In this document: piece after piece, positions 41,265-53,072 of the stretch
How positions within the stretch are numbered: position 1 is the stretch's first letter
How the letters are laid out: each line of letters begins with the position of its first letter
Assembly: GCA_964016885.1 (NCBI GenBank)
Contig: OZ024744.1
Span: forward strand, 59,644,001-59,708,000
Direction: 5' to 3'
From: Eledone cirrhosa
Taxonomy: Eukaryota
Length of the DNA: 64,000 nt
Notes under the pieces: generated by a model
Told to the model about the DNA's origin: nothing
Seen by the model: only the letters and a program-made list of their open reading frames with translations
The model's database searches: none
Program-made: the position numbers and the translations under genes

Positions 41265-41970
41265 TTTATGTGTGAAAGTCTGTATGTGTGTGTGTGATTC
41301 TGTATGTGTGTGTGACAGTCTCTATGTGTATGTGTAAGTCTGTATGTGTGTGTGAGAGTCTGTATGTATGTGTGTGAGAGTCTGTATGTGTGTGTGAGAG
41401 AGTCTGTATGTATGTGTGTGTGAGAGTCTGTATGTGTGTGTGAGAGAGTCTGTATGTGTGTGTGTGTGTAAGAGTCTGTATAGGTGTGTGTGTATGTGTG
41501 TGTGTGTGTGTATGTGCGTGAGTGTGTGTGAGTGAGTGTGTTGTGTGAGTGTATGTGAGTGAATGTGTGTGTGTGCGTGTGAGAGTGCGTGTGTCTATAT
41601 GTGTGTATGAGTGTGTGTATGTGTGTCTGTGTGAGTAAGTGTGTGATTAAGTGTGTGAGTGTGCGCGAGTGTGTGTGAGTGAGTGTGTGCGTGCGTGCGT
41701 GAGTGTGTGAGTGAGTGTGTGAGTGAGTGTGTCAGTGAGTGTATGGGTGAGTGTGTGGGTGAGTGTTTTAGTGAGTGTGTGAATGTGTGCGTGTGTGTCA
41801 GTGAGTATGTGAGTGTGTGTATGTGTGCGTGTATGTATGTGTGAGTGTGTGAGTGTGTGTGTGTGAGAGTGAGTGTGTGAGTGAGTGTGTGAGTGAGTGT
41901 GTGTGAGTGTGTGTGTGTGTATCTGAATGTGTGTCTGTGTGTGTGTATGTGTGTGTATGCGTGCGTATGT
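41265..41970. repeat. Degenerate (TG/TGAG)n compound microsatellite
   Basis: Direct reading. Confidence 0.9.
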
Positions 41971-42320
41971 TTGTAACGGTAGGGTCCCCCCCAATTCTAT
42001 CACGTATTTGAACTATGCGTGTGTGAACCTTAATTTTTTCGAATAAGATCCCTTTTTACAGCATATGTCATATAAGCAATGTCGCCGGATAGAGCCACCA
42101 CACCGGATGAAGTTTAGCCCGGATGAGGGCCACTGTACATTTTCGGGAGAATTTAGTTCGCGCCACCCCCTTACCCCACCCCACCGCACCCCAGCCCACC
42201 CCACACCACCTACTCCGATTAGTTTTGATTTTTCTAGATTGGAACCGTTTGATTTGATTTGTTGCGTTTAATCTCCTTCAACTTCCCACATCCCGTTTTA
42301 TTTTGGGGTTTTTCGTTTTG

Positions 42321-42384
<64 letters not shown>

Positions 42385-42656
42385 TTTCTTCATATAACTT
42401 CTATGAGATATCGTGTATGTCGTCTTTCAGTGTGTGTTCGTGATTGTGTGTGTTTGTAGGTGTATGCGTGCATGTGTATGCGTACATATATATATATATA
42501 TATATATTCTTGTGGTGAGAGGCTTATGTGAGTATGTATGTATTTATGTACGTGTGTGAGCGTGCTCTTTCCGTACGATACTAAATTGTCATAATCATAT
42601 TTGTTATATATTCCCACGGTATGTAACTGTAATTATATGCGTGTATGTGTGTGTAT

Positions 42657-42841
<185 letters not shown>

Positions 42842-43088
42842 GAAGTTATATTTAAATTGATGGGATACAACAAGCAAATATTTTTATAACTGATATAAAG
42901 CACTCAACAAATTATACATATTTCTAGGACACCAAGACAAATTATGGTGCGCTTTCATTAGATAAAATATAATATAGATCAGTTTTATAAATAAATATTG
43001 ACATACCCTTAAAGACTGCGACCATTTCTGTTGGAAGCTCGCGGTTAAGGGTATGTCAATATTTATTTATAAAACTGATTTATATTAT

Positions 43089-43151
43089 ATTTTATCTGAT
43101 GAAAGCGCACCATAATTTGACTTGGTGTCCTTGAAATATGTATAATGAAAT
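43089..43151 (+). ncRNA. Type I hammerhead ribozyme motif in the right arm of fold-back 42911-43146
   Basis: attttat-CTGATGA-aagcgcacc...ggtgtcctt-GAAA-tatgtata-atgaaat. The left-arm copy has the core mutated to CTAATGA. Confidence 0.78.
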
Positions 43152-43193
43152 AATTATGGTTTTATAAATATAGTTTCCATTTGTTAATATATC

Positions 43194-43273
<80 letters not shown>

Positions 43274-43336
43274 ATAAATATATATTATGTATATATATAT
43301 ATATATAAATGAAAGGTATAGAAATTGTTTTAGCGA

Positions 43337-43376
<40 letters not shown>

Positions 43377-43591
43377 GTATATTTATATATATATATGTAC
43401 ATATATATGCATATATATATGGAGAATTAGTATATCTACCAACATATATATACAGATGTATACCTATGCATGCAAATATATAGAGGTTTTGTCTTAGTAA
43501 CTTTGTGGTTCAATGCAAGGGGATGCAGAACAATTATATGAAAAACGTAAAATAAGAAAATTATAGTAATTAGCTTACTTACTTAAATTTC

Positions 43592-43664
43592 ACTCCAACT
43601 AATTAGTTTCTGAAAGGGAAATATACATATAGAACACGGAGAAACCTTTTCGTCATCAGGGAGT
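43592..43664 (-). ncRNA. Type I hammerhead ribozyme motif
   Basis: Minus strand actcc-CTGATGA-cgaaaagg...cctttca-GAAA-ctaattag-tt-ggagt. Palindromic stem III, GUU site. Confidence 0.72.
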
Positions 43665-44246
43665 CATTCTCAGCTAAGATACCTGGCGATGCGTGGACAC
43701 AGGGAACTTATACAAAAATATTCAGTGGATGGAAAAGAGAAGCGGGGACTAAATTCCAAGACACTGAAAAAAATCACAAGAATAACATGTTCTACGTGTA
43801 TATTCAGAAACTAATTAGTTGGAGTGAAATTTAAGTAACTAAGCTAACTACTATAATTTTCTTATTTTACGTTTTTCATATAATTGTTCTGCATCCCCTT
43901 GCATTGAACAACAAAGTTACTAATATATACACATCTGTTTATATATGTTGGTAGATATACTAATTCTCTATAATTATCTCCAAATTATTTTGTTGAGCAA
44001 AAATTTGCCAAAATTACTACTATAGTTCATAGCAACAGCTTGGCTACTGTCTTTTTAACACCCCACCCCTCACTGATTAACCTCGATGTCACGTGATTGA
44101 TTCTTTTGAATTTGCCACCGAACAAGAAGGCAGTGAGTTTTTTCAGTGTCTTGGAATTTAGTCCCCACTTGCTCTTTTCCATCCACTGAATATTTTTGTA
44201 TAAGTTACCTGTGTCGACGCATCGCCAGGTATCTTAGCTGATAATG

Positions 44247-44318
44247 ACTCCCTGATGACGAAAAGGTTTCTCCGTGTTCTACATGTATATTCCCTTTCAG
44301 AAACTAATTAGTTGGACT
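44247..44318 (+). ncRNA. Type I hammerhead ribozyme motif, sister of 43592-43664
   Basis: Same fold with one stem I mismatch (ggact). Confidence 0.7.
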
Positions 44319-44583
44319 GAAATTTAAGTAAGTAAGCTAATTACTATAATTTTCTTATTTTACGTTTTTCAAATATATATATATATATATATATATGTAG
44401 ATAAATCTACCAAAAATTTACGGTAGTGTCCAATCCGTATGAAGAACTCAATGTAATCCGGATATTATGAAAAGAGAAGATACATTCAAAAACTATTTTC
44501 GGTGAAAATTAACGAAAACAGAGTCAAGATAAATTAATAAAATAATGAATAAACAAAGAAACAGTTCCTTATATTTAAAAAAT

Positions 44584-44725
44584 TCATCATTTTACGATCG
44601 TTTCTAGGATATATATGTGTTAGAGTTGGTATGCATATTCTATAGATCTATGTACAATATTTATACAAACTATCAGAGGGAATATACATACCTACACATA
44701 TATATGCTGTCTTCAGAAATAATGA
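44584..44725 (-). ncRNA. Hammerhead motif with long stem II in the PLE 3' repeat
   Basis: Reverse complement of 48324-48465. Confidence 0.72.
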
Positions 44726-45419
44726 TATTTGTTTATTGAAAAAAACAAAGATTCAATACAATAGGTCTGTTTGGGAACAGGTTTTGAATTGACCAATAGA
44801 GAGATAGTGAGGGTCAAGATAGTAATATAGTAGTAGAAGAACCTTAAATTATGGGTAGAGGAAGGTAGATTTCAGTTTTGGATGGAAAAGAATATTATGA
44901 ATGAAAGATTATTTTAGGGACGAAAATAGGTCGTATGCTGACCTCAGAAATAATTATATTTGTTCATTGAATAAAACCAACAAAGATCTAATATATTCTG
45001 TCTGTTTGGTAAGAGGTTTAGAACTAACCAATAGAAAGTTAATAATTGGCCAAATGGTAAAATAGTAGTAATTGAAGCTTATTTTAGGGGTAGAATAAGG
45101 CAGATTTCAGTTTTGAATGGAGTGTGAAGAATGAGAAAGTTATTTTAGGGGTGAAAATAGGTCAGGTCAGTAAAAGGTATATGAGCAGTTGCTGTTATAA
45201 ATCAGTAATGCCAATGCAAATATCTAAGGAGACTAAAATTTTATGATAAGAGTGTTAGTGAAAAAAATACATCTATGAAAAGAATATAAATTAATTTAAT
45301 TGATGGGTATATTTATATTGATAAAATTATACTAATGCATATAGATATGATAAATAAGAGTTAGATGCAGTTGAAGAGTGCTGTTAAAGATGAGGGGAAA
45401 TTAAAAGAATATAAAAATA

Positions 45420-45546
<127 letters not shown>

Positions 45547-45563
45547 CACACACACATATACAC

Positions 45564-45594
<31 letters not shown>

Positions 45595-45908
45595 TATATA
45601 TACACACATATATACATACATACATACACATATATATACACACACATCCATAGTTACATATACATATAATTATTGGGGGGGGGGGAATTAAATTTATTAG
45701 TGAGAAATAATAAATATATAGAGATTTCAAGGAACATAGAGTCATAACCTGAAGTTAAGGCATTATATATGTTTACTTAATGGTATCAGTTTTAGGAAAT
45801 GATAGTTGTAAGAAGGAAAGTAAAATTATGTGGTTCATCAGTAGTAGAATATTAATTATAGGTTAACTAAATTAAAAACAGTATATATATTAATTTCTAA
45901 AGTGTATA

Positions 45909-47625
45909 TTAATTAGGTTTATAATATTTAAAGGTTTTTCTCAGTTTATGATTACACGATATTATTAATTCCTGTCGCTTATTTAATAGGATATCCTTAG
46001 ATTTCATTATTTCAAAAAGTTCTTGGGAACATAATCTACATTCATATCTACTATTTTGATAAGGGGTGGCCCTTTTGAGCACACTCCAGGTCAGGTCATA
46101 ATCTATATTCCTCTTTCTATCATTATTAATTATTTCAGCTAGAGATGTATTAGCTAGTGCGGCATTTTTAAAACTATGTTTGTGGGTATTAAATCTTACC
46201 TTAAATTTGTTAGAGGTAGCTCCTATATATGAATAAATTGAGTCCTTAGTGTTAACTTTACATTTATATACTATGTTATTAACAAGGCAATTTCCTTTTA
46301 ATGGACAGTTTGCCTTGTTTCTACAGTTACAACTTTTCGTGAATCCTGTATCTGAGGAGATATTATGGTTAGTTTGATGTACTGGTGGTATACTCATGGT
46401 CTTTTTACATTTATATGCATTGTAGGCACTTATATTTTGTTTTATGTTTTTGGTTGTTGAGTAGGAGAATTTAACCGTTGATCTAATTAAAATTTGATGG
46501 TATTTGTGGTTTGGCGGGAAGTTTTTCTCTAGGATATTAAAGAATTTTTTAGGTATATTATCCTTAATTTGTAAATTAAATGGAGCATTATACCAAGTAA
46601 CTCGTCTATTACGGTTTCGATGTTGTTTATTGTTTTTATAGGATGTATCCTGATGTATATTAAGAGAATTATTGTTAATGACCTCACCACACACATTTTT
46701 AGTTAGATTTATTGATTTAGGTGCTTTAGCTTGTTTATTAGCAGTTTTATTATTAACATTTATTAGAGTTGTAGGATGAGTAGTTTTTTGAGGGTTACTA
46801 TATTGCATATCAGAAGAGTTAGAGAAATTTGGTTTTATGTTGGTGTTTTGGGGCATAGTGTGAGTGGCATTTAGGTGTGTATGTTTCATTTGGTGTTTGT
46901 TGGTAATATTAGGTTGTATGTTTGTAGTGTTATTGGTAGAAGGTATATATACTAATTTATCTTTGTGGCCACTTCTAGCTAGAGCTTCGTTATAAAAGGT
47001 CGCATTTTTATCAAATACACCTTGGTTAGACGAAAGGTTAGAAATTCTAAGTGATATATTATATGCAAGGTTTTTAAGGATAGATTTAGGGTGATTAGAT
47101 TGTGAGTGTATGTAGTGTAAATTTTGGTTGGGTTTATGGTAAGGTTGGTAGATACCCGTAGATAAGTCTAATGTTATATCTAGGAAATTAACTACTTTAC
47201 TTGTGTTTTCAAATGTAATATCTAGACTATAATAGTCTTTAAGGAATGTTCTAATAAGCTTTTTATTTTTTTCTATCTCTGAAAGGCTAAGGTTATTGGA
47301 AAGAAGAAGACAGTCGTCACGATATAAACCACCTTTAAGGTGGGGGAAAGGAAGCATTTATGTTAAAAAGAAGAAAGAGGCCCACAAGATCAGTAATTTG
47401 GGCAGAATCGCTTGAGCCCATAGTAATATCGAATAGATTACTATATGTGTTTCTGGTCCAGTATTCATTCTGAAATTCCAATAGTGTTAGTCTAGCATGT
47501 GTAATAATATTAATGTCATCCAAAGTTAAGTTAGATCTATTTTTAGCAAATATCAAGGCTTTGTTCAGGAGTATAGGTGATATAGAAGAAGAATAATTAT
47601 CTATATCAAATTGTAAAAATGAAGC
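45909..47625 (-). pseudogene. Penelope-like RT with C-terminal GIY-YIG endonuclease; frameshift near 47350, 482-aa open 3' part
   Basis: FDIDN, FDITMGS, YRDD, NFLDITLDL, YHKP..YIH..SNHP, CNCRNKANCPLKGNC, IVYKC..YIGAT, CRLC..LLNKRQE. Confidence 0.93.
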
Positions 47626-48323
47626 AGCTGCTTCATATATTCTTTTAATTTCCCCTCATCTTTAACAGCACTCTTCAACTGCATCTAACTCTTATTTATC
47701 ATATCTATATGCATTAGTATAATTTTATCAATATAAATATACCCATCAATTAAATTAATTTATATTCTTTTCATAGATGTATTTTTTTCACTAACACTCT
47801 TATCATAAAATTTTAGTCTCCTTAGATATTTGCATTGGCATTACTGGTTTATAACAGCAACTGCTCATATACCTTTTACTGACCTGACCTATTTTCACCC
47901 CTAAAATAACTTTCTCATTCTTCACACTCCATTCAAAACTGAAATCTGCCTTATTCTACCCCTAAAATAAGTTTCAATTACTACTATTTTACCATTTGGC
48001 CAATTATTAACTTTCTATTGGTTAGTTCTAAACCTCTTACCAAACAGACAGAATATATTAGATCTTTGTTGGTTTTATTCAATGAACAAATATAATTATT
48101 TCTGAGGTCAGCATACGACCTATTTTCATCCCTAAAATAATCTTTCATTCATAATATTCTTTTCCATCCAAAACTGAAATCTACCTTCCTCTACCCACAA
48201 TTTAAGGTTCTTCTACTACTATATTACTATCTTGACCCTCACTATCTCTCTATTGGTCAATTCAAAACCTGTTCCCAAACAGACCTATTGTATTGAATCT
48301 TTGTTTTTTTCAATAAACAAATA

Positions 48324-48465
48324 TCATTATTTCTGAAGACAGCATATATATGTGTAGGTATGTATATTCCCTCTGATAGTTTGTATAAATATTGTACATA
48401 GATCTATAGAATATGCATACCAACTCTAACACATATATATCCTAGAAACGATCGTAAAATGATGA
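48324..48465 (+). ncRNA. Hammerhead motif with a ~105-nt stem II domain in the inverted PLE repeat
   Basis: tcattattt-CTGAAGA-cagcatatatatgtgt...acacatatatatccta-GAAA-cgatcg-TA-aaatgatga. 9-bp stem I, palindrome acgatcgt, GUA site. Confidence 0.75.
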
Positions 48466-48514
48466 ATTTTTTTAATATAAGGAACTGTTTCTTTGTTTAT
48501 TCATTATTTTATTA

Positions 48515-48583
<69 letters not shown>

Positions 48584-48612
48584 ATCAAAAGATGGTTAAA
48601 AGAGTTCCAAGT

Positions 48613-48681
48613 ATTTCATTATGCGCATTTCAAAAACAAATATCATCATGGGATGATATCTGCGTTCTCATCAGATAAAAT
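48613..48681 (-). ncRNA. Type I hammerhead motif, same family as 8482-8550
   Basis: Module 48581-48737 matches 8449-8605. Stem III is the perfect palindrome atgcgcat. Confidence 0.8.
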
Positions 48682-49158
48682 AGGGAGACATGATATGAAG
48701 CTTAAAAAACACTTGTGAATAGTGAAGTTTTAAATCAACATATCAATACTTATCCGATATTTGCATTACTTTATTGTGCTACAATAAAACTCACCACCTA
48801 CATATATATATATAAATATATACATACATATATATATATAAATATATATATGTATATATGTAGAGGTTATATTAAATTTGTTGGGATACAACAAGCAAAC
48901 TATTTTTATAACTGATATAATGCACTCAAAAAATTATTGGAGTAAATATACAACATATTAACAAATGGAAACTATATTTATAAAACCATATTTATTTCAT
49001 TATACATATTTCAAGGGCCACCAAGGCAGATTATAGAAAGAAACAAGCCAAATTTTGGCTAGATTCTATCTATAAGTACATTTATTAAAATATGCTCTGA
49101 GTTCAATGTTTATTGAGCTTTCCTTGTTGAGTAACTTAATCAATATACATTATATATA

Positions 49159-49656
49159 CTAGCAGACCCCCCCCCCCCCCCACTGCGGGTGGTTTTCTTC
49201 TAGCATGTGTAGTGTGTATATTGATATTATACGCATGTATAATGTAGATATGATACATCAAATAAAATACGCAGGTATAATGTAGATACGATACATCAAA
49301 TAAAATCGTAATTGACAATATATAATATATAGAAATTGAACGAAAACTGCGTTACACTGTCTTATGTAATCAGTAACGTAATCCATGATACATTAAAAAA
49401 GACGATATTATATATAAACTGCATTAGGAGAAAATTAGTGACAGAAAATTAGCCAACCGGAAGTGTTGACATTTTAGAAATTTTAAAGAAGTGAATCTTT
49501 ATATAAACAAAATATATTTAATCAACAGCCACGAAATTTAGTAGATAAATTATGTAATATTATTCATTATTTATTCAAAGTAATTCAACTTATTTTACTA
49601 ATGGGATAAAAAATTATAAACCGTACGTAGTCCCGCGCTCCTTACTTTATTATAGT
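49159..49656 (-). mobile_element. Probable non-autonomous Helitron
   Basis: Minus strand starts ctataataaag and ends with a GC-rich stretch followed by CTAG, in an AT context. Confidence 0.5.
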
Positions 49657-49873
49657 TTATATATATATATATAACAAAGGAAGTGTGGTAAGGAACTAGG
49701 TGGACCATAACGTACCAGAGTACTCGATACTTTGGGTAGTAGAGTGGATAATGGGAAATGAGTCAGAACCCCGACGGCATAGCTCAAGCCGTTTCGACAG
49801 CTATTTCTGGCGTCCAGAAATAGCTGTCGAACTGTCGAAACGGCTTGAGCTCTGCCGTCGGGGTTCTGACCTC

Positions 49874-49990
<117 letters not shown>

Positions 49991-51109
49991 TATTGGTGCT
50001 TTGGAATAGCGATGTATATATGAATGTATGTATAGTATATTTGGCAATATACTGTATGTTTAATTAAAAACATTTTGAAGATCATTCGCTATGAGTTTTA
50101 AAGTAGTGACTATACCGAAAATAAGTAAGTGACACAGTCACTACTTTAAATTGATAGCGAACGGTCTTCAAAATGTTTTTAATTAAACTTAGAATATATT
50201 GCCAAATATACTATACATACCTTCATATATACATCGCTATTTCAGAGCTAATACTTAATTTTTGCTGGACCGGCAATCGCTCTGTTTAATCAACTCTTGA
50301 ATATTACTGGAGTTCTATAAGAATCCAGCTTCTATAATTTTCGGCAAAGGCAGGTGAGTACGTGGCTTTGATAAACGCTCACAAACGAGAAACAGACTGT
50401 TGATCACTCTCCCTTTGTTTTTGCCGAAAATAAGTAAGTGACGTAGTCACTACTGTAAGACTAATAGCGAATGGTCTTCTAAATGTTTTTAATTAAACAT
50501 ACAGTATATTGCCTTGCAGGTACCTGGAGGATACGTGGTTCGATTTCTCATAGCAGACAATGGCAACTTCTTTTTCCGTCTTTAAGAGTCTTCATCCCCA
50601 CGCATGGACACACCACTTTTTATATTAACTTTATACTATCAGCGCTTCGTAAAAGTCTGAGAGATCAGGTACATATACGTTTGTTTACATTTACCTAATT
50701 TAAAACGGTAAGACTTGTGGCAGTCCCTTGGCTTAATAGTTCAAAGCGCCCAGTAAGTATATGGGAGATACAGGGATTAATTAATTACTCGTGGCGGCCT
50801 CTGGCAACGTTTTCCCGTCTATAAGGGACTCCACCGATTTTTATAAGCTATTTTCTAGCATCTTCTCACACGAACACACCACTCTTTATATATAGATATA
50901 AATATAGTGTAAATAAAATTTCATATGCCGCCGCCCGCAACACAGACAAGCCCATGTAACTAAAAACCAGACATTCACTGACTGTTTGTGCTGGTCACTA
51001 TTGTTGCCCTCTGTTATCCTTAGTCACCGGACTGTCACATAAGAGGCATTTGCCGACATTGATTGACCGTTTCCTGTATGTCCATTAAGGCGTCAATAAA
51101 TTTGTGTGT

Positions 51110-51153
<44 letters not shown>

Positions 51154-51189
51154 GGAAGTTATAGTTCACTTGAAGCATTGTGTAATGAG

Positions 51190-51550
51190 GTATAAACGTT
51201 TGTATTTGTAAAGCCAAAACAATGCAGGTATGGACATAGAATAAAGAATGCAAATGCAAAAGATATTGTTGACAATTAGTCTTTTACCTTAGATTTATTT
51301 AAATGTCCTTAATTTTCGAGATAATATCTCTTCTTGCCAAGTCATCCTGTCATGCTGACAGGATGACTTGGCAAGCTATTTAGAACACTGATTTAACCGC
51401 TTTACTTCCCTCCGAAGAAGAGATATTATCTCGAAAATTAAGGACATTTAAATAAATCTAAGGTAAAAGACTAATTGTCAACAATATCTTTTGCATTTGC
51501 ATTCTTTATTCTATGCATTGTCTTGCCTTTACAAATACAAACGTTTATAT
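51190..51550. repeat. Nested fold-back with a hammerhead-like variant at 51409-51443
   Basis: Arms ~51190-51334 and 51414-51550, inner hairpin cttgccaagtcatcctgtca(tgc)tgacaggatgacttggcaag, and cct-CCGAAGA-a-gagat(att)atctc-GAAA-atta-agg. Confidence 0.7.
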
Positions 51551-52734
51551 ATATATATATATTTATTAAAATAACAGATTAAAGTTTAAGCAAAGAATCA
51601 CTGCTTTCACCCTTAACGGGATCTTCTGAAACTAACAAAGTCAATCTGTGAACGCAGAAGTGAATATTTCAAAAAACGTTGCAACCGGAGGAAGACAGGA
51701 AGAGGATACTTTGGTTCGTGGAAACGTTCGTAAACTTTAATCTGTTAATTTAATAAATATTTGCCTTACGGTTCTTATATATTTGATATATATTTATCCT
51801 TATCGAGCCCTCTTTGGATTTTAGTCTTCAAATTTATTATTATTACTATATATATATATATATATATATAATGTGAATAACCAGAATTAAATTACATTAA
51901 ATTATTTAATTGATTTACGAACATTATTTCCTGTGTATTGATTTCTTCAGAATCTATTAAACAACATAAATAATGTCATTATTGTGGATTGGCAGTATCG
52001 GTAGGGCGTCGGACGCCATGCTTTGATGCATAGAGTTACGGCCCTTGCCATTCTGAGTTCAATTCCCGCCGAGGTTAACTTTGCATTTCATCCTTACGGG
52101 GTCGATAAAATAAAGTACCAGTAATGTACTGGATAATTGCTGGCCTTGTGCCCAAAGTAGAAACAATTATTAACCAGCCTCGGGCGGTGGATTGGCAGTA
52201 TCGATAGAGCGTCAGACAGCATGTTTTGCAGCATAGAGTTATGGCCCTTTGTGTTCTGAGTTCAAATCCACCGAAGTTAACTTTACCTTTCATTGCCGGC
52301 CTTGTGCCAAAAGTAGAAACAATTATGAACCAATCACATGTCCGAACATCTCTATTACGAAAACGTAAACAAACTTAAAATAGAGTTAGGAAAACGTTAA
52401 AACTTTATGGAAGACTAAACACGCAAGTGTGAAGAAATTATCACAGGAAAAAAAAATATTTTCTTACTGTTTTGATGGCAACGTTCGTAAATCAATTAAA
52501 TATGTTGATGTAATTTAATCCTGGCTATTTTTATTCATTTTATATATCCTATATGATATTGTAAAACTACTGGATTAAACTAAACCCCGAACTGCCTTTT
52601 ACCTAGCTTGCTGTGGACTATAAAATCACATTTGAGTTTTGACAGTCTTTGTCTTTATATGGTTGTGTTATCAACTTATCTACATTATATATATGCATAT
52701 ATATACATACATACATACATACATATATACATAT

Positions 52735-52972
52735 GTATGGTGGCTGCCAACTCGTTTTCGAGTACGGCCACTACTTTATATCCATGTAGGAGAACCCCTA
52801 CCGATGCGCTGAACCTGTGTGACTTTTTAGTCCAGCCAGCGACTTGAAAACTCTGGTACAAACACTACACTTGTGACAATTATTGACACATAGTGCTGGT
52901 CCCATGTGACGACAAGTGCAGAGATCTCCAGATATAAAGCAATTCATGTGCCATGAAGCTTTTATAGTGAGT
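52735..52972 (-). mobile_element. RTE 3' end fragment
   Basis: C-terminal CSVCTRVFKSLAGLKSH zinc finger, then ggccgtactcgaaaacgagttggcagccac and a CATA tail on the minus strand. Confidence 0.7.
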
Positions 52973-53038
52973 AATACATACATACATACATACATACATA
53001 CATACATACATACATACATACATACATACATACATACA

Positions 53039-53071
<33 letters not shown>

Positions 53072-53072
<1 letters not shown>

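Noticed and set aside
45909-47357. Selenoprotein-type (Naiad) PLE
   Set aside because: No in-frame TGA in the 482-aa frame, and the GIY-YIG domain is C-terminal rather than N-terminal.
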